Origin: Candidatus Cloacimonadales bacterium
GTDB taxonomy: Bacteria > Cloacimonadota > Cloacimonadia > Cloacimonadales > JAFGVF01
Direction of reading: 5' to 3'
DNA length: 64,000 nucleotides
NCBI GenBank assembly: GCA_963667035.1
Contig: OY762964.1
Coordinates: 1,280,001 to 1,344,000 of the forward strand
This document shows, piece by piece, positions 9,384-18,533 of this stretch (its first letter is position 1; every line of letters begins with the position of its first letter). A program made the position numbers and the translations under genes. The notes beneath the pieces are model-generated. The model was not told where the DNA came from, ran no database searches, and was given only the letters and a program-made list of their open reading frames with translations.

Positions 9384-9437
9384 AACAGTCTGAGGCACTC
9401 ATTACGAGTGCCTCTGATTATAAATTTGGATGTAGGT

Positions 9438-10625
9438 TTATTCAGCTTCCATCTCTTTTTTTACTTTTGCGAATGCGTCAATACATTTCTGTATATCTTC
9501 TCTTGAATGAGCTGCTGAAATCTGAACACGGATTCTTGCTTTGCCACGTGGGACAACAGGGAAACAGAAACCGATTACATATATGCCTTCTTTAAGAAGA
9601 CGATCGGCAACCTTTATAGCAAGAGGTTCATCATAGAACATCACAGAAACAATCGCTGTGTTACCCGGAACAAGGTCAAAACCTGCTTTGGTCATTTCAG
9701 CACGGAAATAATCAGCACTATCTTTAACTTTGTTTACAAGTTCACTTGATTCTTCAAGCATATCGATAACTTTCATTGTTGCACCAACAATAGCAGGGGC
9801 AAGTGTATTTGAGAAAAGATATGGTCTTGAACGCTGTCTAAGCATTTCAATAATTTCTTTCCTAGCTGCCGTGCAACCACCGTTACCACCGCCCATAGCC
9901 TTGCCAAAAGTAGTTGTAACAATGTCAACTCTATCCATAACACCAAAATGCTCAATAGTACCGCGACCGGTAGCACCAAGATATCCGGTAGCATGAGATT
10001 CATCAACCATAACCAGTGAATCATATTTTTCTGCAAGGTCACAGATTTGATCAAGCTTAGCCATATCTCCATCCATAGAGAAAACACCATCAGTAACAAC
10101 TATACGATATTTTGCATCTTTAGCAGCAATTAGTTGTTGTTCCAGATCTTCCATGTTCGCATGCTTGTAACGGAAGCGTTGAGCTTTACAAAGACGAACA
10201 CCATCAATAATAGAAGCATGGTTAAGTTCATCTGAAATGATAGCACTATCTGCTTCTAGTAGAGGTTCGAAAACACCACCGTTTGCATCGAAGCAAGCTG
10301 CATACAAAATAGCATCTTCTTGACCTAAGAAAGCAGCAACTTTCTTTTCGAGCTCACGATGAATATCTTGAGTACCACAAATAAAACGTACTGAAGAGAG
10401 ACCAAATCCTCTTCTGTCCATCATGTCCTTAGCTGCTTGAATAACCTGAGGATTATTTGCAAGTCCGAGGTAATTGTTGGCACAAAAGTTAAGAACTTTC
10501 TTATCGTTATTAACTTCAATTTCAGCCTGTTGCATGCTTGTAATAATACGTTCTTCTTTGTAAAGCCCCTTATCTTTGAGACCGTCAAGAGTTTCACGTA
10601 AGTCATTTTTCATTTTTCCAAACAT
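9438..10625 (-). CDS. kbl: Glycine C-acetyltransferase (2-amino-3-ketobutyrate CoA ligase)
   Basis: NFCANNYLGL, SSVRFICGTQ, DGVFSMDG, TFGKAMGG and RSRPYLFSN motifs. ATG at 10625 follows GGAGG. Confidence 0.95.
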   Translation of the reverse strand: MFGKMKNDLRETLDGLKDKGLYKEERIITSMQQAEIEVNNDKKVLNFCANNYLGLANNPQVIQAAKDMMDRRGFGLSSVRFICGTQDIHRELEKKVAAFLGQEDAILYAACFDANGGVFEPLLEADSAIISDELNHASIIDGVRLCKAQRFRYKHANMEDLEQQLIAAKDAKYRIVVTDGVFSMDGDMAKLDQICDLAEKYDSLVMVDESHATGYLGATGRGTIEHFGVMDRVDIVTTTFGKAMGGGNGGCTAARKEIIEMLRQRSRPYLFSNTLAPAIVGATMKVIDMLEESSELVNKVKDSADYFRAEMTKAGFDLVPGNTAIVSVMFYDEPLAIKVADRLLKEGIYVIGFCFPVVPRGKARIRVQISAAHSREDIQKCIDAFAKVKKEMEAE

Positions 10626-10697
10626 TATAACCTCCAAAGAGTGTTTATTTTATTTCAATCAATTTTACTTTTATTTTTAGTCAAGCAAGAACGGAGA

Positions 10698-11411
10698 TTA
10701 TTCTTGATTAATTATTGACTTCATTTCAGATACTGCTTCTTTTAATCCAGTGAACACAGCTCTTGAAATAATACTGTGCCCAATATTGTATTCTTCAAAC
10801 AAACCCATTTCCAGAAGAGGATAGATATTCTTATAGTTAATACCATGGCCTGCCACGCAACGCATACCACATGATTTAATAGTCTTCGCACCTTTTTTAA
10901 TACGCTGAAGCTCATTCTCTATTTCTCTATCTGTTTTTGCATTCGCATAGGCACCTGTATGAATTTCAATAGCATCAGCCCCGAGTTTGTCGCCCAACTT
11001 AATCATGTTTACATCCGGTTCTATAAAGAGGCTTACTTCTATGCCTGCATCTTTTAAATCTTTAATTACCTTATCTAAACCAGGCTTTTCTAGATTAAGA
11101 CCACCTTCGGTAGTGACCTCTTCCCTCTTTTCAGGAACAAAGGTAACTGTATCCGGTTTTATCTCCTTGGCAATTGCAACCATTTCAACGGTTGAAGCCA
11201 TTTCAAGATTGAGCTTAGTTTGTATCAGTTCTCTTAATAACTTAACATCACGATACTGGATATGTCTCCTATCCTCTCTTAAATGTACAGTAATCTGATC
11301 TGCCCCGGCCTGTTCTGCTATTTGAACAGCAAAAATAGGTTCAGGTTCAATGCCTTTTCGAGCTTGTCTAATTGTAGCAACATGATCAATATTTACACCT
11401 AATGCAATCAT
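10698..11411 (-). CDS. pdxJ: Pyridoxine 5'-phosphate synthase
   Basis: LGVNIDHVATIRQAR, ITVHLREDRRHI and TTEGGL motifs. Confidence 0.96.
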   Translation of the reverse strand: MIALGVNIDHVATIRQARKGIEPEPIFAVQIAEQAGADQITVHLREDRRHIQYRDVKLLRELIQTKLNLEMASTVEMVAIAKEIKPDTVTFVPEKREEVTTEGGLNLEKPGLDKVIKDLKDAGIEVSLFIEPDVNMIKLGDKLGADAIEIHTGAYANAKTDREIENELQRIKKGAKTIKSCGMRCVAGHGINYKNIYPLLEMGLFEEYNIGHSIISRAVFTGLKEAVSEMKSIINQE

Positions 11412-11674
11412 CTCTAAATCTCCATAGTTGATTTTATATTACATCTCATTCATGATAATCATCTGTCAATATAATTGTTAAATAGTTTGTCCATTGTATT
11501 GTGCAATATAGTAGGTTCATAAGACATGTGAATAGCTTTATCTTTTCATGACATTTTGAGATACAACAGTAACCGTTATCTATCTTGGAATTGGCTATAC
11601 GGTTATTACAAATAGCTTGACTCTATTAATCTTTCCCAAAACTTGATAAAAACTAATATTATCAGGAGAATAGT

Positions 11675-14272
11675 ATGTTGACCAGTAAAGAAATTAGGCA
11701 ACAATTTATAGATTTTTTTGTATCCAAACAACACACATCTGTTGCATCCGATACTGTTATACCTAAAGATGATCCTACCTTACTATTTACTAATGCAGGA
11801 ATGAATCAGTTTAAAAATATATTTCTCGGTGAAATTGAACCCAAAAATTTAAGAGTTGTTGATGTCCAGAAATGTATAAGAGCAGGTGGAAAGCATAATG
11901 ACTTGGATGAAGTTGGTCGTGATGGATATCATCACACATTTTTTGAGATGCTTGGGAACTGGTCTTTTGGTGATTACTATAAAAAAGAAGCAATAACTTG
12001 GGCATGGGAGCTAATAACAGAAGTATGGAAATTACCCAAAGAAAAACTATATGCGACTGTCCATGAAAGTGATAAAGAAGCTTTTGATTTATGGAAAAAC
12101 GAGACTGATATAAATCCAGCTCACATATTTTATGATGGCGATAAGGATAACTTCTGGGAAATGGGAGATACCGGTCCTTGTGGACCTTGTTCTGAGATAC
12201 ATTTTGATAGAGGTATAGACTATTGTGGCGTTGAAGGTAAACATGATTGTCGTGTTAATGGAGATTGTCATAGATTCATCGAACTCTGGAATCTTGTCTT
12301 TATGCAATATTTTAGGAATAAAGATGGTTCTCTGACTCCATTAAAGATGAAGAATGTAGACACAGGTGCCGGACTTGAAAGAATCTGTCAGGTTTTACAA
12401 GATAAGAATAGCAATTATGATACTGATTTGTTTATACCACTTATTAATAAAATAGCAGAATTAACAGGCTCGGATTATGATAGAGAAGATAATGGCGTTC
12501 CACATAGAGTCATAGCTGACCATATAAGAGCATTAAGTTTTTCAATAGCTGATGGAGGAATCCCTTCTAATGAAGGTCGAGGCTATGTAATTCGTAGAAT
12601 TCTAAGAAGAGCTGCTCGTATGGGTAGATTGCTGAATCAAAGTAAGCCATTTCTATATAAACTTGTACCAACAGTTATTGAGATAATGGGACATCATTAT
12701 ACTGAGTTGAAGGAACAACAGAAGTATGTAGAAATGATTATTAAGAGTGAAGAGGAGAGGTTTAACCTGACACTAGATAAAGGTCTTATCAAATTTGATG
12801 AGATGCTTGATAAAACATCCGGTAAAATTCTTTCGGGTGAAGATGCCTTCATGCTTTATGACACTTATGGGTTCCCTTTAGATTTAACCGTTATTATAGC
12901 AGAGGAAAAGGGCTTAACTGTAGATACAAAAGGCTTTGAAGAGTTTATGGAAGAGCAGAAGGAACGAGCTAGGTCAGCATCTTCATTCAAAGTAGAGCTA
13001 GATAATAGAGACTGGAATGTTTTAGCCGATGACGCCCCAACTGAATTCATTGGCTATAACTTATCACAAGCTAAAGCTTCCATAATTAAATACAGAATAG
13101 ATGATGATAATAAAGTAATGTTTGTATTAGACAAGACACCATTCTATGCTGAGTCCGGAGGTCAGATTGCAGACACAGGAAAAGTATTCAATGATAGCTT
13201 CGAAATAGAAGTAAATGAAGTAAGAAAAAGTGGCGATCAATTCATTCATATAGGTAACTTGATATCCGGTTATATCAATAGCAATGTTGTAATAGCTTCA
13301 ATTGATATTGATCGAAGAAAAAGAATTGCTTCAAATCATACTGCAACTCATCTTCTGCATGCAGCTTTGAGAAGAGTTCTAGGAGATCATGTCCAACAAA
13401 AGGGCTCACTTGTTACTGATGAGTATCTTAGATTTGATTTCACACACTTTAAGAATATGGATAATGTTGAAATTAAGAAAGTAGAAGAACTAGTTAGGTC
13501 TGAGATTAAGAAACAATTGATAATAGATACTAAGATTATGTCTCAGGAAGAAGCTAAAGCTGATGGAGCAACAGCATTATTCGGTGAGAAATATGGTGAT
13601 AAAGTAAGAGTTGTTTCATTGAGTACCTTTTCAAAAGAACTCTGCGGAGGTACACATGTAAGCAACAGTGCCGAAATAGGTATGTTCAAAATACTTTCAG
13701 AATCATCAAGTTCTGCCGGTATTCGTAGAATTGAAGCAATTACCCGTGAAGCAGTGTACAAATATTACGAAGAGAAAGAAACAATCTTAGATGAAGTTGC
13801 TTCAATCCTTAAAGCTAAACATGAGAAAGTAGTTGATAAAATATATCATATTATTGAATTAAATAGAGAATTAGAGAACGAACTTAGGACTATAAAAAGT
13901 CAAGCTGCTGGTTCCGAAATTGATGATTTACTTTCATCAGCAGTTATTATAAACGGTATAAAAGTTGCTTCCGGAAGAGTTTCAATTGATGACTCTAATG
14001 AGTTAAGAAATGCCGGAGATGTTCTTAGACAGAAGCTTGGTAGCGGAATCGGAATTCTAATTTCCATAATAAATAGCAAAGTTTCTTTGCTAACCGTAGT
14101 TACAGATGATTTGAAGAAACAATATCCTGCTGGAAAGATAGTAGGTAAATTAGCAGAATATGTTGATGGTAAAGGCGGAGGAAGACCTGATATGGCAATG
14201 GCCGGAGGTAAATCGATAGATAAAATTACTGAAGCCTTAAACAATGTTGAAACAATTATTAAATCTTTTTAG
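11675..14272 (+). CDS. alaS: Alanine--tRNA ligase
   Basis: LLFTNAGM, HHTFFEMLGNWSF, HTATHLL, ELCGGTH and GGGRP motifs. Confidence 0.97.
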   Translation: MLTSKEIRQQFIDFFVSKQHTSVASDTVIPKDDPTLLFTNAGMNQFKNIFLGEIEPKNLRVVDVQKCIRAGGKHNDLDEVGRDGYHHTFFEMLGNWSFGDYYKKEAITWAWELITEVWKLPKEKLYATVHESDKEAFDLWKNETDINPAHIFYDGDKDNFWEMGDTGPCGPCSEIHFDRGIDYCGVEGKHDCRVNGDCHRFIELWNLVFMQYFRNKDGSLTPLKMKNVDTGAGLERICQVLQDKNSNYDTDLFIPLINKIAELTGSDYDREDNGVPHRVIADHIRALSFSIADGGIPSNEGRGYVIRRILRRAARMGRLLNQSKPFLYKLVPTVIEIMGHHYTELKEQQKYVEMIIKSEEERFNLTLDKGLIKFDEMLDKTSGKILSGEDAFMLYDTYGFPLDLTVIIAEEKGLTVDTKGFEEFMEEQKERARSASSFKVELDNRDWNVLADDAPTEFIGYNLSQAKASIIKYRIDDDNKVMFVLDKTPFYAESGGQIADTGKVFNDSFEIEVNEVRKSGDQFIHIGNLISGYINSNVVIASIDIDRRKRIASNHTATHLLHAALRRVLGDHVQQKGSLVTDEYLRFDFTHFKNMDNVEIKKVEELVRSEIKKQLIIDTKIMSQEEAKADGATALFGEKYGDKVRVVSLSTFSKELCGGTHVSNSAEIGMFKILSESSSSAGIRRIEAITREAVYKYYEEKETILDEVASILKAKHEKVVDKIYHIIELNRELENELRTIKSQAAGSEIDDLLSSAVIINGIKVASGRVSIDDSNELRNAGDVLRQKLGSGIGILISIINSKVSLLTVVTDDLKKQYPAGKIVGKLAEYVDGKGGGRPDMAMAGGKSIDKITEALNNVETIIKSF

Positions 14273-14281
14273 GAGGACTCT

Positions 14282-15787
14282 ATGAAGCGAAATCTTTTAT
14301 TGTTAATGTTTGTTACATTAATATTGATAGTAGGTGCAAAAGATTATGTGATCCCCTTATGGGAACTACCTGATATTTATTCAAAAACGAGCTTATCATA
14401 TCTGAAGTATAATAAAGAAGTTAAATTTAAGTTGATTAACAAGAAACAAGCAAAGACTTATAACCATGCCTTTACCTCCAAAAAAGCTTTTGATGAATCA
14501 TTAAACGAATACTTAGTTGGAACAACAACAGATAAAAGACTTTTAAGATATACAACACAAGATTCATACATTGATTTCAAAGTTGCCGGATTCATAGATA
14601 TAAGAGATGTAGAAAATGATACATATTACTTCACAGGTTGGGGTATGGATATTAAGGCAAACATAAACAATAAAATCCTACTCCACACTGATTGGTGGAA
14701 AGGACATTATTCAGGAGCAACTGAAATAGCTCTCAATGATTATATTGTAGACAGCTGGCACAATCACGATATAGGAGAAAAAAACATCTCCAATATTGAT
14801 AATCTAAAAGGAAGTCTAAGCTATGTTACTGATCATGCAACTGTTTCTGTAGGCAGAGGTGGTTTTGTAGTTGGAAACAATGTTAGTGGTAGTATTATAT
14901 TAAACAATAAGAGTGATGACTATGCCTACCTTAGTGCTAAATACACTATGGGAGATTTTAGCTATTCTGTAATGCAAGGTACCATAAACATAGATCCTTC
15001 TGATGCTGCATACGAGCTTGAAATCGTTGATAAATATATTTCGATGCATAAAATAGATTGGAAGTTTAACCACATTAAATTGTTCCTTGGAGAAGAAATT
15101 GTTTACGGAAATAGAAGTTTTGACAGTAACTATGTACTTCCTATAGGATTTTGGAGAATTAATGAACACTTGCAATATGATAGAGATAATGTACTTATTT
15201 TTGCAGGTGGTTCGTTTAAAGTTAATAAATCAGTACTTTACTCTAATATAGTTCTTGATGAGTTAAGGAAAAAAGAAATATTCGGTAATTGGTGGGGTAA
15301 TAAATGGGCGATTCAAGCCGGACTCTCTCATAACCTTAATATTGGAATGAAGAATGACATGACTGTAACAGGGGAACTCACCATAGTTCGTCCTTGGATA
15401 TATTCGCATAAATATTATTGGAACTATTTATCTCATTCAGGAGAAACATTAGGATATCCTAATGGATCAAATTTAATTAATTATTGTATAGAAATAAACT
15501 TACCAATTAATAGAGTTGGTTCTCTAGATATAAACTACAATTTAAATCGCCAAGGCAGTTTAGCGAATGACTATACATGGAATTATGCTGACAATGTTCC
15601 TGGAGATAGAGAAGACTACAAAACTTCTCTTTTACAAGGTCATATCACAAATACTTCTGAGTTGACTGCTGTTTACAGTTTGGAATACCTCTCACACCAC
15701 TTTGTTAAATTTGCTGTTAACTATAAGGTAGATAGTGATAATATTGAAGAAACAACATTATCCTGTAGTTATATGACAAGATTCTAG
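14282..15787 (+). CDS. Putative outer-membrane beta-barrel protein (Wzi-like)
   Basis: Signal peptide; aromatic-rich beta strands; VRPWIY and LGYPNGSN motifs; C-terminal Phe. Confidence 0.55.
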   Translation: MKRNLLLLMFVTLILIVGAKDYVIPLWELPDIYSKTSLSYLKYNKEVKFKLINKKQAKTYNHAFTSKKAFDESLNEYLVGTTTDKRLLRYTTQDSYIDFKVAGFIDIRDVENDTYYFTGWGMDIKANINNKILLHTDWWKGHYSGATEIALNDYIVDSWHNHDIGEKNISNIDNLKGSLSYVTDHATVSVGRGGFVVGNNVSGSIILNNKSDDYAYLSAKYTMGDFSYSVMQGTINIDPSDAAYELEIVDKYISMHKIDWKFNHIKLFLGEEIVYGNRSFDSNYVLPIGFWRINEHLQYDRDNVLIFAGGSFKVNKSVLYSNIVLDELRKKEIFGNWWGNKWAIQAGLSHNLNIGMKNDMTVTGELTIVRPWIYSHKYYWNYLSHSGETLGYPNGSNLINYCIEINLPINRVGSLDINYNLNRQGSLANDYTWNYADNVPGDREDYKTSLLQGHITNTSELTAVYSLEYLSHHFVKFAVNYKVDSDNIEETTLSCSYMTRF

Positions 15788-15789
15788 TT

Positions 15790-16827
15790 ATGCTTGTTGT
15801 TTCATTGTTTGCCTTTATCTTAATTTTGCTCTCTTTTGCAATGTTGAGATGGTTTCCAAGACAGCATTTTGAAACACACAGTTTTTCAATTATAGTTGCG
15901 ATAAGAAATGAAGCAGATTTGATTATGGAATTTCTAACGTCACTCGAAAAGCTGGATTATGATGATGATAAATACGAAATAATCCTAGTAGATGATGCCT
16001 CTATAGATAGTACAGCTTTTATTATTGAAAAGTACATTGAAGATAAACCTCAGTATAAGCTAATCAAACTCAAAGAGAAAAGTTCTGAGTATCTAGGTAA
16101 AAAAGCAGCTCTTAAAGCTGGAGTTGAAGAGTCTCAAAATGATTTGCTAATATTTACTGATGCAGATACAACAATACCAAGAAACTGGCTAACTTCAATG
16201 AATACTTACTATACTGATAATACAGGTTTTGTGATTGGATACGTTAGAAAAAGAGATATCTCCAACATACCCAGATTTAAGAGACTTATGTCTGTTGGTA
16301 TTTTTGCATCTACAGCCGGATTAGGACTCCCCTTCAGTTGCTCGGGTGGAAACCTTTCAATAAGAAGAGAGACATTCAATGAAATAGGTGGATATGATTC
16401 AATAAAACATGAAGTAGCAGGCGACGATAAATTGCTATTGAAACTTGTTAACAAGACTAAATGGAAAGTCTCATACAATTCTGATATTAAAGTTCTTGAG
16501 AGTAACAGACAAGAATCTTTAGTAGATGGTATAAACAGAGAGAAACGACAAATGGGTAAATTTAGGATGTCCTCTCCCCTATACATGTTTGTTTCTTTGT
16601 TGACTCTCATTTTCTTTATCTGGCTTCCAATACAAGTTATACTATATAAATCTTGGTTATTGTTACTACCATATTCTATTGGAATGTTGTTTTTTTATAT
16701 TGCCAGTTGCATCAGGCATCGTGAAGAAATAAAAGTTACTGATTTAGTTCTAATTTATATACTACCATATCAAATGCTTTTATTTTCCGTATGGGGAGCA
16801 TTAACGGGGTTTAAATGGAAAAACTAA
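15790..16827 (+). CDS. GT2-family membrane glycosyltransferase
   Basis: SIIVAIRNE, VDDASID, GKKAAL, FTDAD and AGDD motifs; C-terminal TMs. Confidence 0.88.
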   Translation: MLVVSLFAFILILLSFAMLRWFPRQHFETHSFSIIVAIRNEADLIMEFLTSLEKLDYDDDKYEIILVDDASIDSTAFIIEKYIEDKPQYKLIKLKEKSSEYLGKKAALKAGVEESQNDLLIFTDADTTIPRNWLTSMNTYYTDNTGFVIGYVRKRDISNIPRFKRLMSVGIFASTAGLGLPFSCSGGNLSIRRETFNEIGGYDSIKHEVAGDDKLLLKLVNKTKWKVSYNSDIKVLESNRQESLVDGINREKRQMGKFRMSSPLYMFVSLLTLIFFIWLPIQVILYKSWLLLLPYSIGMLFFYIASCIRHREEIKVTDLVLIYILPYQMLLFSVWGALTGFKWKN

Positions 16828-17696
16828 CTAAAAGTAAGATAGTTTTCTTCCTTAAACTTGCATTGTCTGTTGTTATCTTACTTCTTATAATAAGAAGTTT
16901 GGACTTAAAAAATGTCTTCGTGAATATTAGCTCATATTCATTGAAAACTGTAATTGTAGTGTTAATAGTAGCCTTCATTAAACATGTAACTCAATATTAT
17001 AACTGGAAGAAATTTCTACAGATAAATCCTGATTTTAGCAGTAACGAGTGGGAAATTGTAAAATCATATTTAATTGGTTTAGCCTTAAGATTTGTAATGC
17101 CGGGTGGTTTGGCAACTTTTGGAAAGGTTTACTATGTAGAGAATACAAGTAAGAAAGATACTGCACTTTCAATCGGTTTAGAGAAAGTTTTCGGAACGTG
17201 GACAATTTGGTTGTTTGCAGGCTGGGCATCAATATTCTACTTCAAAAGCCTGTCATTAACTATACGCTTAATTATTGTTGTTGTAACATCGTTTTTCCCA
17301 ATTATCTTATATAATGTAATATCTAAAATTAGTAGACTTAACAAATACCTGGTATCATACAAAAGTAATATATCTAAAGTTATAATCAGCCAGTTAATCT
17401 ATGAAAGTTCAACTTTTATTCAATATTGGTTGCTAATTAACACTTTTGTTAGTATTTCGATTGCTAAAGTAGCATATAGTACTGCTTTAATCCTATTCTC
17501 AAACACTATACCTATTACTTTTAGTGGGTTAGGATTACGAGAATTGTTTGCTATAAATGTATTATCAAAATACGGAGTATCAAGTGAAATAGCCGTTGCC
17601 TCAGCTTTCTCAATTTTCTTATTTAATGATTTACTCCCTTCAATTTTAGGAGTCTACTTCATTCTTAAAGAGAAAAAATCAGATGATAATTCTTAG
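16815..17696 (+). CDS. UPF0104 / lysylphosphatidylglycerol synthase TM-domain (flippase-like) protein
   Basis: Multi-TM; PITFSGLGLRE motif. Confidence 0.8.
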   Translation: MEKLTKSKIVFFLKLALSVVILLLIIRSLDLKNVFVNISSYSLKTVIVVLIVAFIKHVTQYYNWKKFLQINPDFSSNEWEIVKSYLIGLALRFVMPGGLATFGKVYYVENTSKKDTALSIGLEKVFGTWTIWLFAGWASIFYFKSLSLTIRLIIVVVTSFFPIILYNVISKISRLNKYLVSYKSNISKVIISQLIYESSTFIQYWLLINTFVSISIAKVAYSTALILFSNTIPITFSGLGLRELFAINVLSKYGVSSEIAVASAFSIFLFNDLLPSILGVYFILKEKKSDDNS

Positions 17697-17832
17697 GTTT
17701 TCAAGTGTTAATCGGATTTATCAATATTAACTAATGCCCATTAATAATTAACAAGCGAAAAGAAAAATCTTTACAATATTAATTCTATGTTCAGAATAGA
17801 CAAAGGTAGAAAAAAGTAAAGGTGGAGAATCT

Positions 17833-18363
17833 ATGTTAAAGAAAAGTATTTTAATCCTTATTGTAAGTGTATTGTTAACGACTTTGACGGCTGTTGAGTA
17901 TTCGAATGAAAAAGTGAAGCAGTATATGGGACTTAATATCAGTGACATCTGCGGAAGTGGACTTATTTATAGATTAAGTGGTACTCCATTAGGACTGGGA
18001 ATTATTCTTGGTGGAGCAGCAGATGGAGAAGAAGGAGCTAAGTTTGATTCATATTTTAACGGTGGTGCAATGGCTACTTATAAGTTAAAAGACTTTACTA
18101 AGAGTACCTTCTTCTATTTTCTAGGCGGTTCCTACCATTACAGAGAAAACCGTCATGAGATAGAACCGTTAGAATTAGAAATAAACGGAAAAGATTACAC
18201 AACAGATGTTAAAGAAGAGTACTATTATGGTATGGGGTTGGGATTTGATTTGTTTCTTAATGAATGGGGAGTGTTTTCAATACAGTGGCCTTTAACATTT
18301 AGGGATGATGGTTATATTAGCATGTATGTACCAATGGCATCACTGATGATAAGGTTTAAATAG
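17833..18363 (+). CDS. Hypothetical exported, small beta-barrel-like protein
   Basis: Signal peptide; amphipathic strands; own terminator. Confidence 0.6.
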   Translation: MLKKSILILIVSVLLTTLTAVEYSNEKVKQYMGLNISDICGSGLIYRLSGTPLGLGIILGGAADGEEGAKFDSYFNGGAMATYKLKDFTKSTFFYFLGGSYHYRENRHEIEPLELEINGKDYTTDVKEEYYYGMGLGFDLFLNEWGVFSIQWPLTFRDDGYISMYVPMASLMIRFK

Positions 18364-18398
18364 TAGAGTAACTAGTTAACAGTAATTGTTTATTATAT

Positions 18399-18424
18399 AA
18401 GTCTGTAGAAATACAGACTTTTTT
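18399..18424 (+). terminator. Intrinsic terminator
   Basis: AAGTCTGTA-GAAA-TACAGACTT followed by TTTT. Confidence 0.75.
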
Positions 18425-18533
18425 CTATTAACTAATCATAATCTCAGCTTAATGCTATAAAGTCAATAGCATAAATGAATTGACATAGAGTGAGTCGTCT
18501 TCTTTTTTGCAACATGATTTCAGAGGAGGAAAT

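Larger units (their letters stand above)
7729..9393 (-). mobile_element. IS1182-family insertion sequence
   Basis: Terminal IRs TCAGATTGTTGACAAA (7729-7744) and TTTGTCAACAGTCTGA (9378-9393), one mismatch. Flanking repeat AGGCACTCATTACGAGTGCCTC at 7709-7730 and 9393-9414. Confidence 0.9.
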
